The notes beneath the pieces are model-generated. The model was not told the origin of the DNA and did no database searches. It was given only the letters and a program-made list of their open reading frames with translations. The position numbers and the translations under genes are program-made. A stretch of 64,000 bases of DNA, from contig AP024665.1 of assembly GCA_024346625.1 (NCBI GenBank), forward strand, positions 2,170,001 through 2,234,000, in the 5' to 3' direction. Below, piece after piece: positions 24,601 to 33,458 of this stretch. The first letter of the stretch is position 1; each line of letters starts with the position of its first letter. The stretch is from Williopsis jadinii (taxonomy: Eukaryota).

Positions 24601-24934
24601 ACACAACATCAACTTGCACTGTCCTGAAGGTGCAGTTCCGAAGGACGGTCCAAGTGCCGGTATCACGTTAACCACGGCGTTGATATCCCTGGCCAAGAAC
24701 GTTCCCCTTCCTTCGATCGCCATGACCGGTGAGATCACGCTGACTGGTAAGGTGCTCAGAATCGGAGGCCTGAAGGAGAAGCTGATTGCGGCAAAGCGTA
24801 ACGGCGTCACAACGCTGTTCCTTCCAAAGGACAACCAAGGTGACTACGACGACCTTGCTGAAAACTTGAGACAAGGGTTTGATGTGACGTTCGTCGACAA
24901 CTACAGCCAGATCTATAACAAGCTCTTCAAGTAA
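21671..24934 (+). CDS. PIM1: Mitochondrial Lon protease
   Basis: Arg/Ser-rich presequence, GPPGVGKTS Walker A and PKDGPSAG catalytic Ser motif. Confidence 0.97.
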   Translation: MLSARRSSVSAARAAARRVLSGVNTSVTISPVASQLRFASFVPVNEKPVHRLDDAILHQDIPMVNLLEQLNGLKPLSLKDESKPDQGKDDSVGESDKSDSTEKPEKSEKPEKPLKKERKRKTPDATEDSKVKNETAAAATSASASGEASSGGAGDDGSGDKKKSSALPVPEVYPQVLALPMSRRPLFPGFYRPVAITDPQVIKAINELCDKKKPYIGIFLFKDENADGDVITDRDQVHEVGVFAQVTSSFVSNDEMTGVDTMTIIAYPHTRIRIDELLPPKTPQEIEQELADNTLSIETEVETELTNEGKDLSLAKTQEEKEERVLSKLDEENEYNPTEFIKKYEVTRVNITPLEDEAYDKKSPVINALTSEILKVFKDISQVNSMFREQIATFSATMHGSTNIFEQPSKLADFCAAICAGEPQELQDVLDSLNIEDRLEKALVVLKKEVMNAELQNKITKEVESKIQKRQREYYLMEQLKGIKRELGIDDGRQKLIDTFKERAEKLKLPPAVQKVFDEEISKLSTLETAMSEFSVTRNYLDWITQLPWGKYTKESFDITNAKKILDEDHYGLADIKDRILEFIAVGNLLGAVDGKIICFVGPPGVGKTSIGKSIARALNRNFFRFSVGGISDVSEIKGHRRTYIGALPGRIIQGLKKTQSQNPLFLIDEIDKVTHGGSQGDPSAALLELLDPEQNSEFLDQYLDIPVDLSKVLFVCTANTLDTIPRPLLDRMEVIELPGYVAEEKVKIAENYLIPLAKKGSGLEDANVKLTTEGVEYIVKHYAKENGVRRLKQLTEKVFRKAAFKVVKQVTESTELAKEQKETAKETAEESSVTNESQKETEKQEIVPNLEHNKPLETKETVLEENAEVQRLQVPEDFELEITPQNLKEFIGPPIYLTDRLYETTPPGVVMGLAWTSIGGTSMYVEVTAEKAVDESGKPQGGHLSATGQLGDVMKESSKISFSVAKQYVEDDFFKTHNINLHCPEGAVPKDGPSAGITLTTALISLAKNVPLPSIAMTGEITLTGKVLRIGGLKEKLIAAKRNGVTTLFLPKDNQGDYDDLAENLRQGFDVTFVDNYSQIYNKLFK

Positions 24935-25713
24935 CTCGTTTAGCACATGAATATACTAGCATGTGTCTTCTGATCAGAGCATAACTATGGATTCATCGCC
25001 CTCTGTACGCAACTCACTGCCTCAGCCACCTGTACATAGAGACTGTAATTGCGCAACCATTCCACGGGCTTCTTCTTTGTATACAGTGATTAGTAGTGGA
25101 GAACTCACCGACGATCCCATCCAGCGCCCGTTACATCTGGTGTAAAAGCACTGGTTATGTCAGATTGGTGAATATTAAACTGATGTCCTCGGCCAATCAG
25201 CGTGTCCCTCCCCGCCTCGCCATGGAGAATGTGCAAGGGAAAGCACGGACAAATCACGAGCACAGAGCACTGCTTATCGGGAAACTACGACGCGACCGCT
25301 GACGTCATGGACACACCCTAACACCAGTGGCGCAAAAGCAGGCACTGGGAATGGCGCCAAAAAATGGCGGAAAAAGTGGCGCAACGGAGAAACACAAACA
25401 GAAAACAAATAATCTCCGCACAGCCAACCCCCAAAAAACGCACAGAGAAAACCACAAACGTGGCCCAAGCACCCGATACCGTTTTGTGCAAAAATGTCAC
25501 CAGCAGCGAAATTTGGCAACTGGAAACACGCGCAGGTCCCCGGTGCATTTTCCCTGGCTTTATCACAAGATTTGAAACTGTATCAGAGGACCAATTTCTT
25601 TTCTGTTGCTTCCTTCTTTTCTTCTTCTTCTTCTTCCTCTGGCCCTCCTTCTTGGTCTTCATCACTACATTTCTGTCTTCTCTGTTGACCATTAGCTCTA
25701 CTCAAAGCGTTTG

Positions 25714-27096
25714 ATGATTGGAGAAGTACTTTCATTCGGAGAAGTTGCCTTTTTGACCTTCCAAGCGGTCGTGGAGGTGATCATCGTCTGTTTGCTGGGA
25801 TTCTGGGCTGCGAAGGTTGGCTTGTTGAACAAGACTGCACAGAAGCAGATCAGTGCGCTCAATGTCGACTTGTTCACGCCTGCGATGATCTTCAGCAAGT
25901 TGGCTCCTTCTCTGAGTTTGAAGAAGTTGTTTGAGATCTTCATCATCCCGGTTTTCTACGCGGTTTCCACGGGTATCTCGTACCTCGTTTCGAGGGCCGT
26001 GTCCGCCTACTTGAACTTGGACGAGTACGAGTCGAACTTCGTCACCGCGATGAGTGTGTTTGGTAACTCGAACTCGCTCCCTGTCTCGCTCACCCTTGCC
26101 TTGTCGTATACGTTGCCCAATTTGGAATGGGACAACGTGGAGAATGATACGCCAGAACAGGTTGCCTCCCGTGGAATTCTCTATCTATTGATCTTCCAAC
26201 AGATTGGACAGGTTTTGAGATGGTCCTGGGGCTATAACACATTGTTGAAGAGAATACCCACGCAGCCTATTAATTACACGGAGGAGAATCAGATTGGCGA
26301 CGCCCACGTGACTGACGGGTACAACAACAAGGGTAGCACTGTTACCTTGGGCGACGAAGTTGCTGATGCTTCAGAATCTTCATCGGTAAAGCGTCCAAGC
26401 TCTGCTGTCTCTGCAACTACTCCTTTGCTTGCTTCTAGTCCCGCAGGATCGACAGATGCTCTCCAATTCTCCGCTACACCATCATCAGAGATTGCTAGCG
26501 GAGATGCCTATGCAGGGAACATCTTCACCAAAATTTACAACAGATTTATGGGCGCAATGAATCCACCATTGTGGGCAATGCTTGCGTCTGTAATCGTTGC
26601 TGTGATTCATCCACTCCAGCATTTGTTCTTCAAAGACAACGGTTTTGTCCAGAATACAGTCTCAAAGGCAATTAGCGAACTGGGTGCGGTCTGTATCCCG
26701 TTGATCTTGGTTGTCCTTGGTTCCAACTTGTACCCAAGTGACGACATCTTACCGGCAACTCCACATTATACCCGTATCGTTGTTGGTTCCTTGGTGTCAA
26801 GAATGGTGATCCCTCCTTTGATCCTTCTTCCGTTGATTGCTGTCTGCGTCAAGATATTCCCGGTCTCTATCCTCGATGATCCTATTTTCCTCGTTGTCGC
26901 TTTCATCTTGACCATCTCTCCGCCTGCTATCCAACTATCCCAGATATGTCAGTTGAATGAACTCTTTGAGATGGAGATGGCTGGAGTGCTGTTCTGGGGT
27001 TATGCAATCTTGACACTACCTGCAACTATTGGTATCGTTGCTGCTGCTCTCTCGGTTCTTCAATGGGCAAGTCCACCACCAGTGGCTAGTGGTTAA
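25714..27096 (+). CDS. Auxin-efflux-carrier/PILS-like membrane transporter (YBR287W-like)
   Basis: FGNSNSLPVSL, RGILYLLIFQQIGQVLRWSWGYN, NPPLWAM and SPPAIQLSQICQL motifs. Confidence 0.88.
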   Translation: MIGEVLSFGEVAFLTFQAVVEVIIVCLLGFWAAKVGLLNKTAQKQISALNVDLFTPAMIFSKLAPSLSLKKLFEIFIIPVFYAVSTGISYLVSRAVSAYLNLDEYESNFVTAMSVFGNSNSLPVSLTLALSYTLPNLEWDNVENDTPEQVASRGILYLLIFQQIGQVLRWSWGYNTLLKRIPTQPINYTEENQIGDAHVTDGYNNKGSTVTLGDEVADASESSSVKRPSSAVSATTPLLASSPAGSTDALQFSATPSSEIASGDAYAGNIFTKIYNRFMGAMNPPLWAMLASVIVAVIHPLQHLFFKDNGFVQNTVSKAISELGAVCIPLILVVLGSNLYPSDDILPATPHYTRIVVGSLVSRMVIPPLILLPLIAVCVKIFPVSILDDPIFLVVAFILTISPPAIQLSQICQLNELFEMEMAGVLFWGYAILTLPATIGIVAAALSVLQWASPPPVASG

Positions 27097-27329
27097 CATT
27101 ATATATATGAGATACAATACATATCAGATGCTGCTATATGCTAATGTTGATACTCTCTCGTCTTGCTCACTGCTAAACAGTGGAGCTGGTGCTGTTGGTG
27201 TCCGGGTGTATGTGTTGATGATAGCTGTGTCTTCAGTTGAAAATTTCTTCCTTTATTAAACACACATGAGCTTTTGCCTTCACGTGCACTCAAGTTGTAA
27301 CACAGCGGTGCAATTGAACTGTTAAGACT

Positions 27330-27913
27330 ATGGTGGATCAAGGTATGTTGTATGTTTCGTTTGAGTGTTATGATCAGGCACTAGCAACTGTACAAAAGGG
27401 ACACAATTAGAGCAAGCGGTCAAAGATCTGTTCACGACTTTGGATAAACAATATACCCAGAACTTTCCCCTGGATCAATACAAGGCCTCCTTGCTGCCTC
27501 AGTTGAAGCCTGTATCGCCAGTGATACTTAACGGTAACCCAATAGGTGGTAAAGCGTCATTTCAAGAAGTTTGGATGAAGTTTCCATCGACGCAGCACAG
27601 TATCACCTCAGTTGATTACCACATCATAGTTGGCACCGGTACAGTGATAGTAAACATCTCCGGCAAGGTACGATTCGACGAATCCGGCAAGACAAGGCTC
27701 GGTGAAACGGCAGATCTACAGATACAGGGCCTGCCAACGGGGCCAAGTGCCACTACTGGTAACAGCGCAAGGGCATTTTGGGGGTCCTGGGTTGGATTTA
27801 ACGCTAATCTCATAGTTGATGAGACCATTTTCCAGGGAATCAACAATGAGTTGATCAATTCGTTGAACTGGAAAGTTATCTACACTCCAGATGATTCTGC
27901 AATCAAGATTTAA
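27330..27913 (+). CDS. MTR2: mRNA export factor Mtr2 (NTF2-like); 2 exons (27330-27342, then 27399 or 27411 to 27913)
   Basis: ILNGNPI, TQHSITSVDYHII, GKVRFDESGKTRLGETADL and WGSWVGFN motifs. A GTATGT donor follows ATGGTGGATCAAG. Confidence 0.85.
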
Positions 27914-28014
27914 ATAAGCACCATGAATAATAAAAAGAATGAACCAACTATATATTCTCATAAACCCTCGCATAAACGTCCCATCCCAAATGTTGAACTT
28001 CCATTTACGGCAGC

Positions 28015-28812
28015 TTATGATTTCTCAACATACTGCATCATTGGAACTTCCTCTGCACTTCTGTATCTAACAGATCTGGTTCTACAACAACAGATACCAA
28101 ACAGGTTGAACACTGCAGTAATTACAGCACAACCTGCGGCTGCCCATATCAGCCCATAGAAGAGATAATTCTCCAGTGTACCTTCAACACCGTACGTACT
28201 CACTTCGTTGTTCAGGTTGTTTCTCAGAATGGTGAACGTACCTGTAGCAGCTCCTGCACAGATTATAAGGGCCAATGCAGAGATCACTCCTACGATCATT
28301 GCAACGCAAGAAACGAAATGAGAACAGAAGGACAAGAGGGTGAATAGGCCAGTGAGGAAGGCCATACACACACCAATGATCGCAGTGATGAAGATCAACT
28401 TCACAACAGTTCTGGCCGTGCTGATGTAATCTGTGAAGTCGGATGGAAGTTCCACGGAGTACTCGTTCTCCAGGGTAGACGTGACCGCATCAATTGGGTC
28501 AAACATGTACATTGGTTTGGGATCAGAGCACCACGTAACGTTGTAGTTGTTGTTGTCGTCCGTGGTACCTCTGCAATAGCCCCACAGTCCGAAGCTGTAC
28601 ACCGTACTTATGTTCCATGTGTCTGTGTTTGATGATAGCAGCGCATTCACCGCACTGGTGGCATCTGTGATGTTCAGCTTGAATAGATAGATCTGATTGA
28701 TAGGTGCTGAGTTGGTGGTTTGACCAGCAACTGCCAGTGCACCCAGGATGATGGTTGCGATGGATAACACCAGCGGGATTAATACATAGCAGAATCTGAA
28801 TATCGATACCAT
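28015..28812 (-). CDS. Sur7/PalI (claudin-like) tetraspan plasma-membrane protein, Pun1-like
   Basis: YSFGLWGYC...C loop motif, four TM segments and a Cys-rich tail (ICCCR). Confidence 0.85.
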   Translation of the reverse strand: MVSIFRFCYVLIPLVLSIATIILGALAVAGQTTNSAPINQIYLFKLNITDATSAVNALLSSNTDTWNISTVYSFGLWGYCRGTTDDNNNYNVTWCSDPKPMYMFDPIDAVTSTLENEYSVELPSDFTDYISTARTVVKLIFITAIIGVCMAFLTGLFTLLSFCSHFVSCVAMIVGVISALALIICAGAATGTFTILRNNLNNEVSTYGVEGTLENYLFYGLIWAAAGCAVITAVFNLFGICCCRTRSVRYRSAEEVPMMQYVEKS

Positions 28813-29062
28813 GTCGTTCTTGTTGTCAATTGGATGCTCTGTAGTCTTTACACTTGTCCCGGTTGTATCAGAAGAGAGCTTTTTGTCTTGGAAAGTGTGA
28901 CTAAGGCCAGATCAGATCAGATCAAAGGAAATTGGCTAAATGTTGGATCAAACGCCAGAGTTTATATATGGATTTGTCTACCAAGACATGCCGGTTGTTT
29001 CGAAAAGAACCCGTTTTCGTGTTGATGGTTGGTGCATTACGAGTTTACGCATAATAACGTTG

Positions 29063-29072
29063 CTAAATTTAG
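29063..29072. promoter_or_regulatory. Rlm1 (MADS) site CTAAATTTAG upstream of the Sur7-family gene
   Basis: Exact match to CTA(A/T)4TAG, about 250 bp upstream of ATG 28812. Confidence 0.5.
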
Positions 29073-29855
29073 TTAAAGCCAGCCCAAAAAGCAAAACCAG
29101 GCTGTGGGAAAATAACTTCGTCTGCGGCAAGTTATGCGAGGACAAACTCTAATCTGTCCCGTTGGGAGGGACTGGGAGACATGTCAAACGTCCGCAGTGG
29201 TGTTTTCGGACAGATACGAGGACTCAGACAAACAAGACAGAGGTTTCAAATTCTGGGACAAATTTGGAGTGGTGATCGGACAAATCGCCATGCTTCGGTT
29301 TTAGATGGGCTTAGTGCACCTTACATGTCCCATGCTCTCAATTAAGGCTAAGAGGTGTAGGAATCAGGGCTGTGACATTGCCGTGATAATGACTGTTTGG
29401 TGCGAGTCCTACATAACGTCACACGTTCCAGAAGAGCAATGGGTGGGCACAGAGAGCCTGGAACAGTGATCATTCCGTTTGTCAATGCCAATGGGAACAG
29501 CATTGCCTGGGGATCGCATCGGTCATTCAAAGGCGGTGCTTTGGGCAGCAGTAACGACAACAACGACGCGAGACCTGCTTAACTTCGGCTTCTTACGAGG
29601 CTTCTGTGCGTGAATCTACCTGAGCTCCCCGTTCTTTGCTCGTTCCTCGTGAAGAAGTCAGATGTTCTGTAGTTTAGGAGACAGATATAGGATGTAGATC
29701 TTGGCCAATTGCAGAGTGTGTTGGTCATTCTGGCTTGCCAGATAGCTCCTCAAGCTGGTTAGGAGTCTCTCTCCACCGCCAACATGCCAATGACCTGTAC
29801 GAATGACTCCAGAAGGAATAGCAAACTACGACGGTGTGTAAGAAACCAATCGAGG

Positions 29856-31361
29856 TCAAAGCATCTTCTTTCTAAATAAGTTAGCCAAGTAAATCACAAT
29901 TATGCACGCAATAACGTCAGCCAGTAGATTCGTCCAGATCATGGTATAGCCTGTGTCTATTGAAACCATTGCGATTCCTGCACTCGTGGCCAAGTCCGTT
30001 ATCTTCACCACGTACTGATACGTTAAAGAGCACACCAAGAACCCAGTGAATACGCTAAGAAAGGACGCAGTTAACAAGGATATTACACTCAGCTTCTTCC
30101 ATCTCTTAGTCTGTCCCCCAGAATCTGCTCCTCCCATCATGAACATAATGGCCAAGGCCATAAAACTGACCAACTGGAAATCCTCAAAGGCATGGTGCAA
30201 GGCTGTAAGGCATGCGATTCCTTTACTGAACTTTTGGAGTAAGATAGCATAGTCGAGAACAGAAGCAGTATCGGACTCATCTTCCACAACAAGCAATTTA
30301 TTGAAACTGGATATTGCCAATTCGTAAGTTAAAGCGAAGCTATCACCCATTATCTCAACGTTTGTCCCGGTTAAAGCAGCAAGTTGTACACCAGCATCCC
30401 TAATAAGAACAGCCAAAAGATCAAATCCATAGCTGTTCATACAGAAGTAAGAATAATCGCTAGGTGCTAATCGACAATATCCCCAGTAGTTTAGCCTATA
30501 CACGGTATCCTCATTGAAAGTTTCAATGGCATTGACTCTGTAGTAATCGTCGATCTGTGTGTTGATGAGGTCAATCTCAGCTGTTGTAGCTCCAAAATCC
30601 ATCAGGAAGTAGGACAACACTTTAAACAGCTCTCTGACGGTTGATAGCACAGATTTGGACGCAGGAGCAGAATCTGCTAGTTGAATTGAGACTTGAGGTA
30701 TGCAAACACCACTAGGCGCATTCGTAGTGCAAGTCAGAAAGGGTACGCATGAGAGTAACACTGAAGTAGCCAAAATTAGAAACATGACAACAAATACAAA
30801 CGACAACCATAACGACGGCTTGCCTTTTCCCTTATTTGCTTGTCCAGGTGACGATGTTTTGTCATATAAGGCAGATACAACCTCATCAAGGCTCTGCTCT
30901 ACCGGTGTTTCTTCCTCGTTGTTCTTGTCGCTAGAGCACCGCTGGTCCACTAAAGTCTTGAAGATGTTACTATCATTCTCCTTATCCAAGTTTGTCGCTG
31001 TCTCGTTATCGAAAGCCCCGTTCAACTCTTCCTCAAAGCTCCGTCTTCTAGAAGAGCTCAAAGTGGACCCTAATAAGCTCGGACTCATCCTTGCAGTCTT
31101 ATAAGGAGTGGCATGTCCAGACACTGTGAATGGCGAGAGCTCCTTCTGTAAATGCCACGGGATCTCTCTCTTAGTTAGCGAGTCCTGTTCCTGTGCTGAC
31201 GACTCCTCAGAGTCTGCAACCAATGACGGGTCTGTCGATCCTGAACTTGCAAAGCTCTGCACGAGTGAATTCCTAAACGGAGTTCTACTTTTACGACACG
31301 TTCCAAGCTTCTCTGGAGTCGTTAGGAAGGACTGTTCGTTACCATAGGGGAATGCCAGCAT
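29856..31361 (-). CDS. SMA2: Spore membrane assembly protein Sma2 with a long N-terminal extension
   Basis: VRELFKVLSYFLMDFG, YRLNYWGYC, YGFDLLAVLIRDAGVQL and GDSFALTYELA match Sma2; syntenic with ORC1/TEM1/RPS1. First in-frame ATG is 31361. Confidence 0.85.
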   Translation of the reverse strand: MLAFPYGNEQSFLTTPEKLGTCRKSRTPFRNSLVQSFASSGSTDPSLVADSEESSAQEQDSLTKREIPWHLQKELSPFTVSGHATPYKTARMSPSLLGSTLSSSRRRSFEEELNGAFDNETATNLDKENDSNIFKTLVDQRCSSDKNNEEETPVEQSLDEVVSALYDKTSSPGQANKGKGKPSLWLSFVFVVMFLILATSVLLSCVPFLTCTTNAPSGVCIPQVSIQLADSAPASKSVLSTVRELFKVLSYFLMDFGATTAEIDLINTQIDDYYRVNAIETFNEDTVYRLNYWGYCRLAPSDYSYFCMNSYGFDLLAVLIRDAGVQLAALTGTNVEIMGDSFALTYELAISSFNKLLVVEDESDTASVLDYAILLQKFSKGIACLTALHHAFEDFQLVSFMALAIMFMMGGADSGGQTKRWKKLSVISLLTASFLSVFTGFLVCSLTYQYVVKITDLATSAGIAMVSIDTGYTMIWTNLLADVIACIIVIYLANLFRKKML

Positions 31362-31452
31362 CTTTTGATGACCAAATATGACAGTGTTGAGTCCATCTGC
31401 GGTCAACTGCTCCAAGAGTATCAAAATATAACTACTTTGGGCTAATAAACAT

Positions 31453-31494
31453 TGACACAAAACACCATAAAACACACAAGGCAACACCACAAAA
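31453..31494. promoter_or_regulatory. Middle sporulation elements (Ndt80/Sum1) upstream of SMA2
   Basis: TGACACAAAA 31453-31462 and CCACAAAA 31487-31494. Confidence 0.65.
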
Positions 31495-31516
31495 TGGGCC
31501 CGTGCTCTCCCAGTGC

Positions 31517-32701
31517 TTAAATAATGATTCGACCAACTGAAGAACCATTCTTAACGTTAACTGAAGAGGATGATTGGCTGAAAGAGGGCTTCCTCAGCAT
31601 GTGCTCCACAGTGTGGTCCCTCTCTAAGCGTCCAAGCTTAAAGTCGAGGTCGTTGTCATCGTCAAGCACTGTGTCGAACCGTTCTAGTTCGTAGCCTTCG
31701 TCGGAATCGTAGGCGCTGCCGGCGTCATCATCATCGGTATCGTCATGTTCTGGTGCAGAACACCACACTGGACCAACCCAAACTGCCATTGTAAAGAAGG
31801 AAATGGCAAATACAGTCCACATGACACCGAAGAAATTGGTACACAGCTTGACCTTGACTCCGAACGATGCAAAGTCATCCTCTGCCATGGAGCGTATGGA
31901 CAACAGGTTCACCGTCATGGTGAGACACGCCACCAATGCCACGATGAACGTGATCAAGGTCCATATCGACAGGACATGGCCAAGAATCAGCAACTTGGTA
32001 TTGTTCCTGGCGATGATGTGTCTTCTGGTATTCCAGATGTAGAACGACACCAGTAGAGTAACAAACTGCGACACCAGTACAAACACCAACAGTGACGGTA
32101 CTCGGTTTATAGCATCGCTCTTTGCGTCTATGCTCGTCTGGTAGTCGTGGTACGAGCTATCGTCTGCTTTGCTTGTCTCCGTCAATGCCAGCATGTACGA
32201 ATACCCCCAATTGTCCAGCAACGTTCTGTAGTCGAAGAGCCTGGTGTCTTCACAGTACGCCGCCAAAGAAGCTGACGAGTTCAGCACCGTGCCTCCCAGC
32301 ACGTGCAGTTCTGATGAGTGATCCACCTCTGATCTGTCAAAGAGGAAGCAAGATTTCTTAAACGTGGAGTACACCTTGTTGGGCGTTGACTCCAGCAATG
32401 CCGTTGACAGGTTTGCAATCAACAACACCGTGGAGGTTGTCACCGTCTCCACAGTGTTGTCACTTGACATGTCCGAATAGCCCTGTTGCAACAAGCTGTA
32501 CATTCCATTGTATAAGTCCAACCTCGACGAGTCGATCTGCACCACTGGCATGAAGCTCAACCCGTCTGTATGCTGAGCTGCAAACATCACCACCAGGAGG
32601 ACTATCGATATGAACGGGAAGATGAACACCAGCGTTATATGAACAACGTCCTTGACGTGCACTATATCCTTGAGCTTTCCACCGCTGAGCACACCTGCCA
32701 T
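31517..32701 (-). CDS. ECM7: Ecm7, claudin-like regulator of the Cch1-Mid1 calcium channel
   Basis: LFDYRTLL, VWVGPVWCS, four TM segments and an acidic tail; syntenic with the SIR3/ORC1-RPS1 block. Confidence 0.78.
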   Translation of the reverse strand: MAGVLSGGKLKDIVHVKDVVHITLVFIFPFISIVLLVVMFAAQHTDGLSFMPVVQIDSSRLDLYNGMYSLLQQGYSDMSSDNTVETVTTSTVLLIANLSTALLESTPNKVYSTFKKSCFLFDRSEVDHSSELHVLGGTVLNSSASLAAYCEDTRLFDYRTLLDNWGYSYMLALTETSKADDSSYHDYQTSIDAKSDAINRVPSLLVFVLVSQFVTLLVSFYIWNTRRHIIARNNTKLLILGHVLSIWTLITFIVALVACLTMTVNLLSIRSMAEDDFASFGVKVKLCTNFFGVMWTVFAISFFTMAVWVGPVWCSAPEHDDTDDDDAGSAYDSDEGYELERFDTVLDDDNDLDFKLGRLERDHTVEHMLRKPSFSQSSSSVNVKNGSSVGRIII

Positions 32702-32958
32702 TGTGTACGGAGTGTGTGAACAGGCAGAGACACCGTGGGAGTTTGAGCTGGGATTATGAGCTGGGATTGTGAGGCTAGGGCTTGCCCTGTGCTACATAGC
32801 CCTGTTGAGAGCTCCGGTGTGCGCAGTGCGCGTTACGGACACTGTGCCAACGGACGGCGTGCCCTGGTGCTTCACTGACGAGGTTGTGTGCTGAGGATGG
32901 AGGGCCTGCTGGTGGACTGGCTGCCTGCGTGTGTTCTCAGTGGCACCGTTGGGCTCAG

Positions 32959-33033
32959 TCTCCCAGTGCTTGTTCTCCCAGTGCTTGCTCTCCCACTGCT
33001 TGCTCTCCCACTGCTTGCTCTCCCACTGCTTGT
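32959..33033. repeat. 15-bp minisatellite TCTCCCA(G/C)TGCTTG(T/C) x5
   Basis: Five consecutive units read directly. Confidence 0.92.
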
Positions 33034-33114
33034 GTTGTGTGAGGTACCTCTGTCTGCGCTGAAGCCAACGCCTCTGCCTGTCTACGCCTCTGCCCGTCTA
33101 ATCTAAGCTCTTCA

Positions 33115-33151
33115 GCCCAGCTCCTGCCCAGCTCCTGCCCAGCTCCTGCCC
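33115..33151. repeat. 11-bp tandem repeat GCCCAGCTCCT x3 plus degenerate continuation
   Basis: Three perfect units, then degenerate CCAGCCC copies to about 33180. Confidence 0.88.
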
Positions 33152-33458
33152 TCCAGCCCAACTCCTCCAGCCCAGCCCACGCGCTATCTGCCCTCCTGGC
33201 CCTGGCGCCCGGCCTGCGGCGCGTACCGGCGGACCGTGGGCCTAACAACTCTCGTGCGGCCGGGCAGAAAGAAAATTTTTCCCTCTGCCTGCAGCGGTTG
33301 CGTGCAGTATAAAAAAGATTTGATGAGCTCTTTTCACTCATCTTCTACCCAACTTGAGGAGGTTGGAGTTGGGTTCTTCTTTCCTGGCAATCTGGCAACT
33401 GTCCCCATTTCAGTACCCAACCAACTCTCCGTGATACATATACAACACGCACTACACG

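Noticed and set aside
32959..33033. Repeat array as CRISPR or telomeric sequence
   Set aside because: No spacers, eukaryotic context and an internal location.
32955..33341. 128-aa ORF with QAVGE repeats
   Set aside because: It is a translation of the promoter minisatellites, GTG-started, with no evidence of coding.
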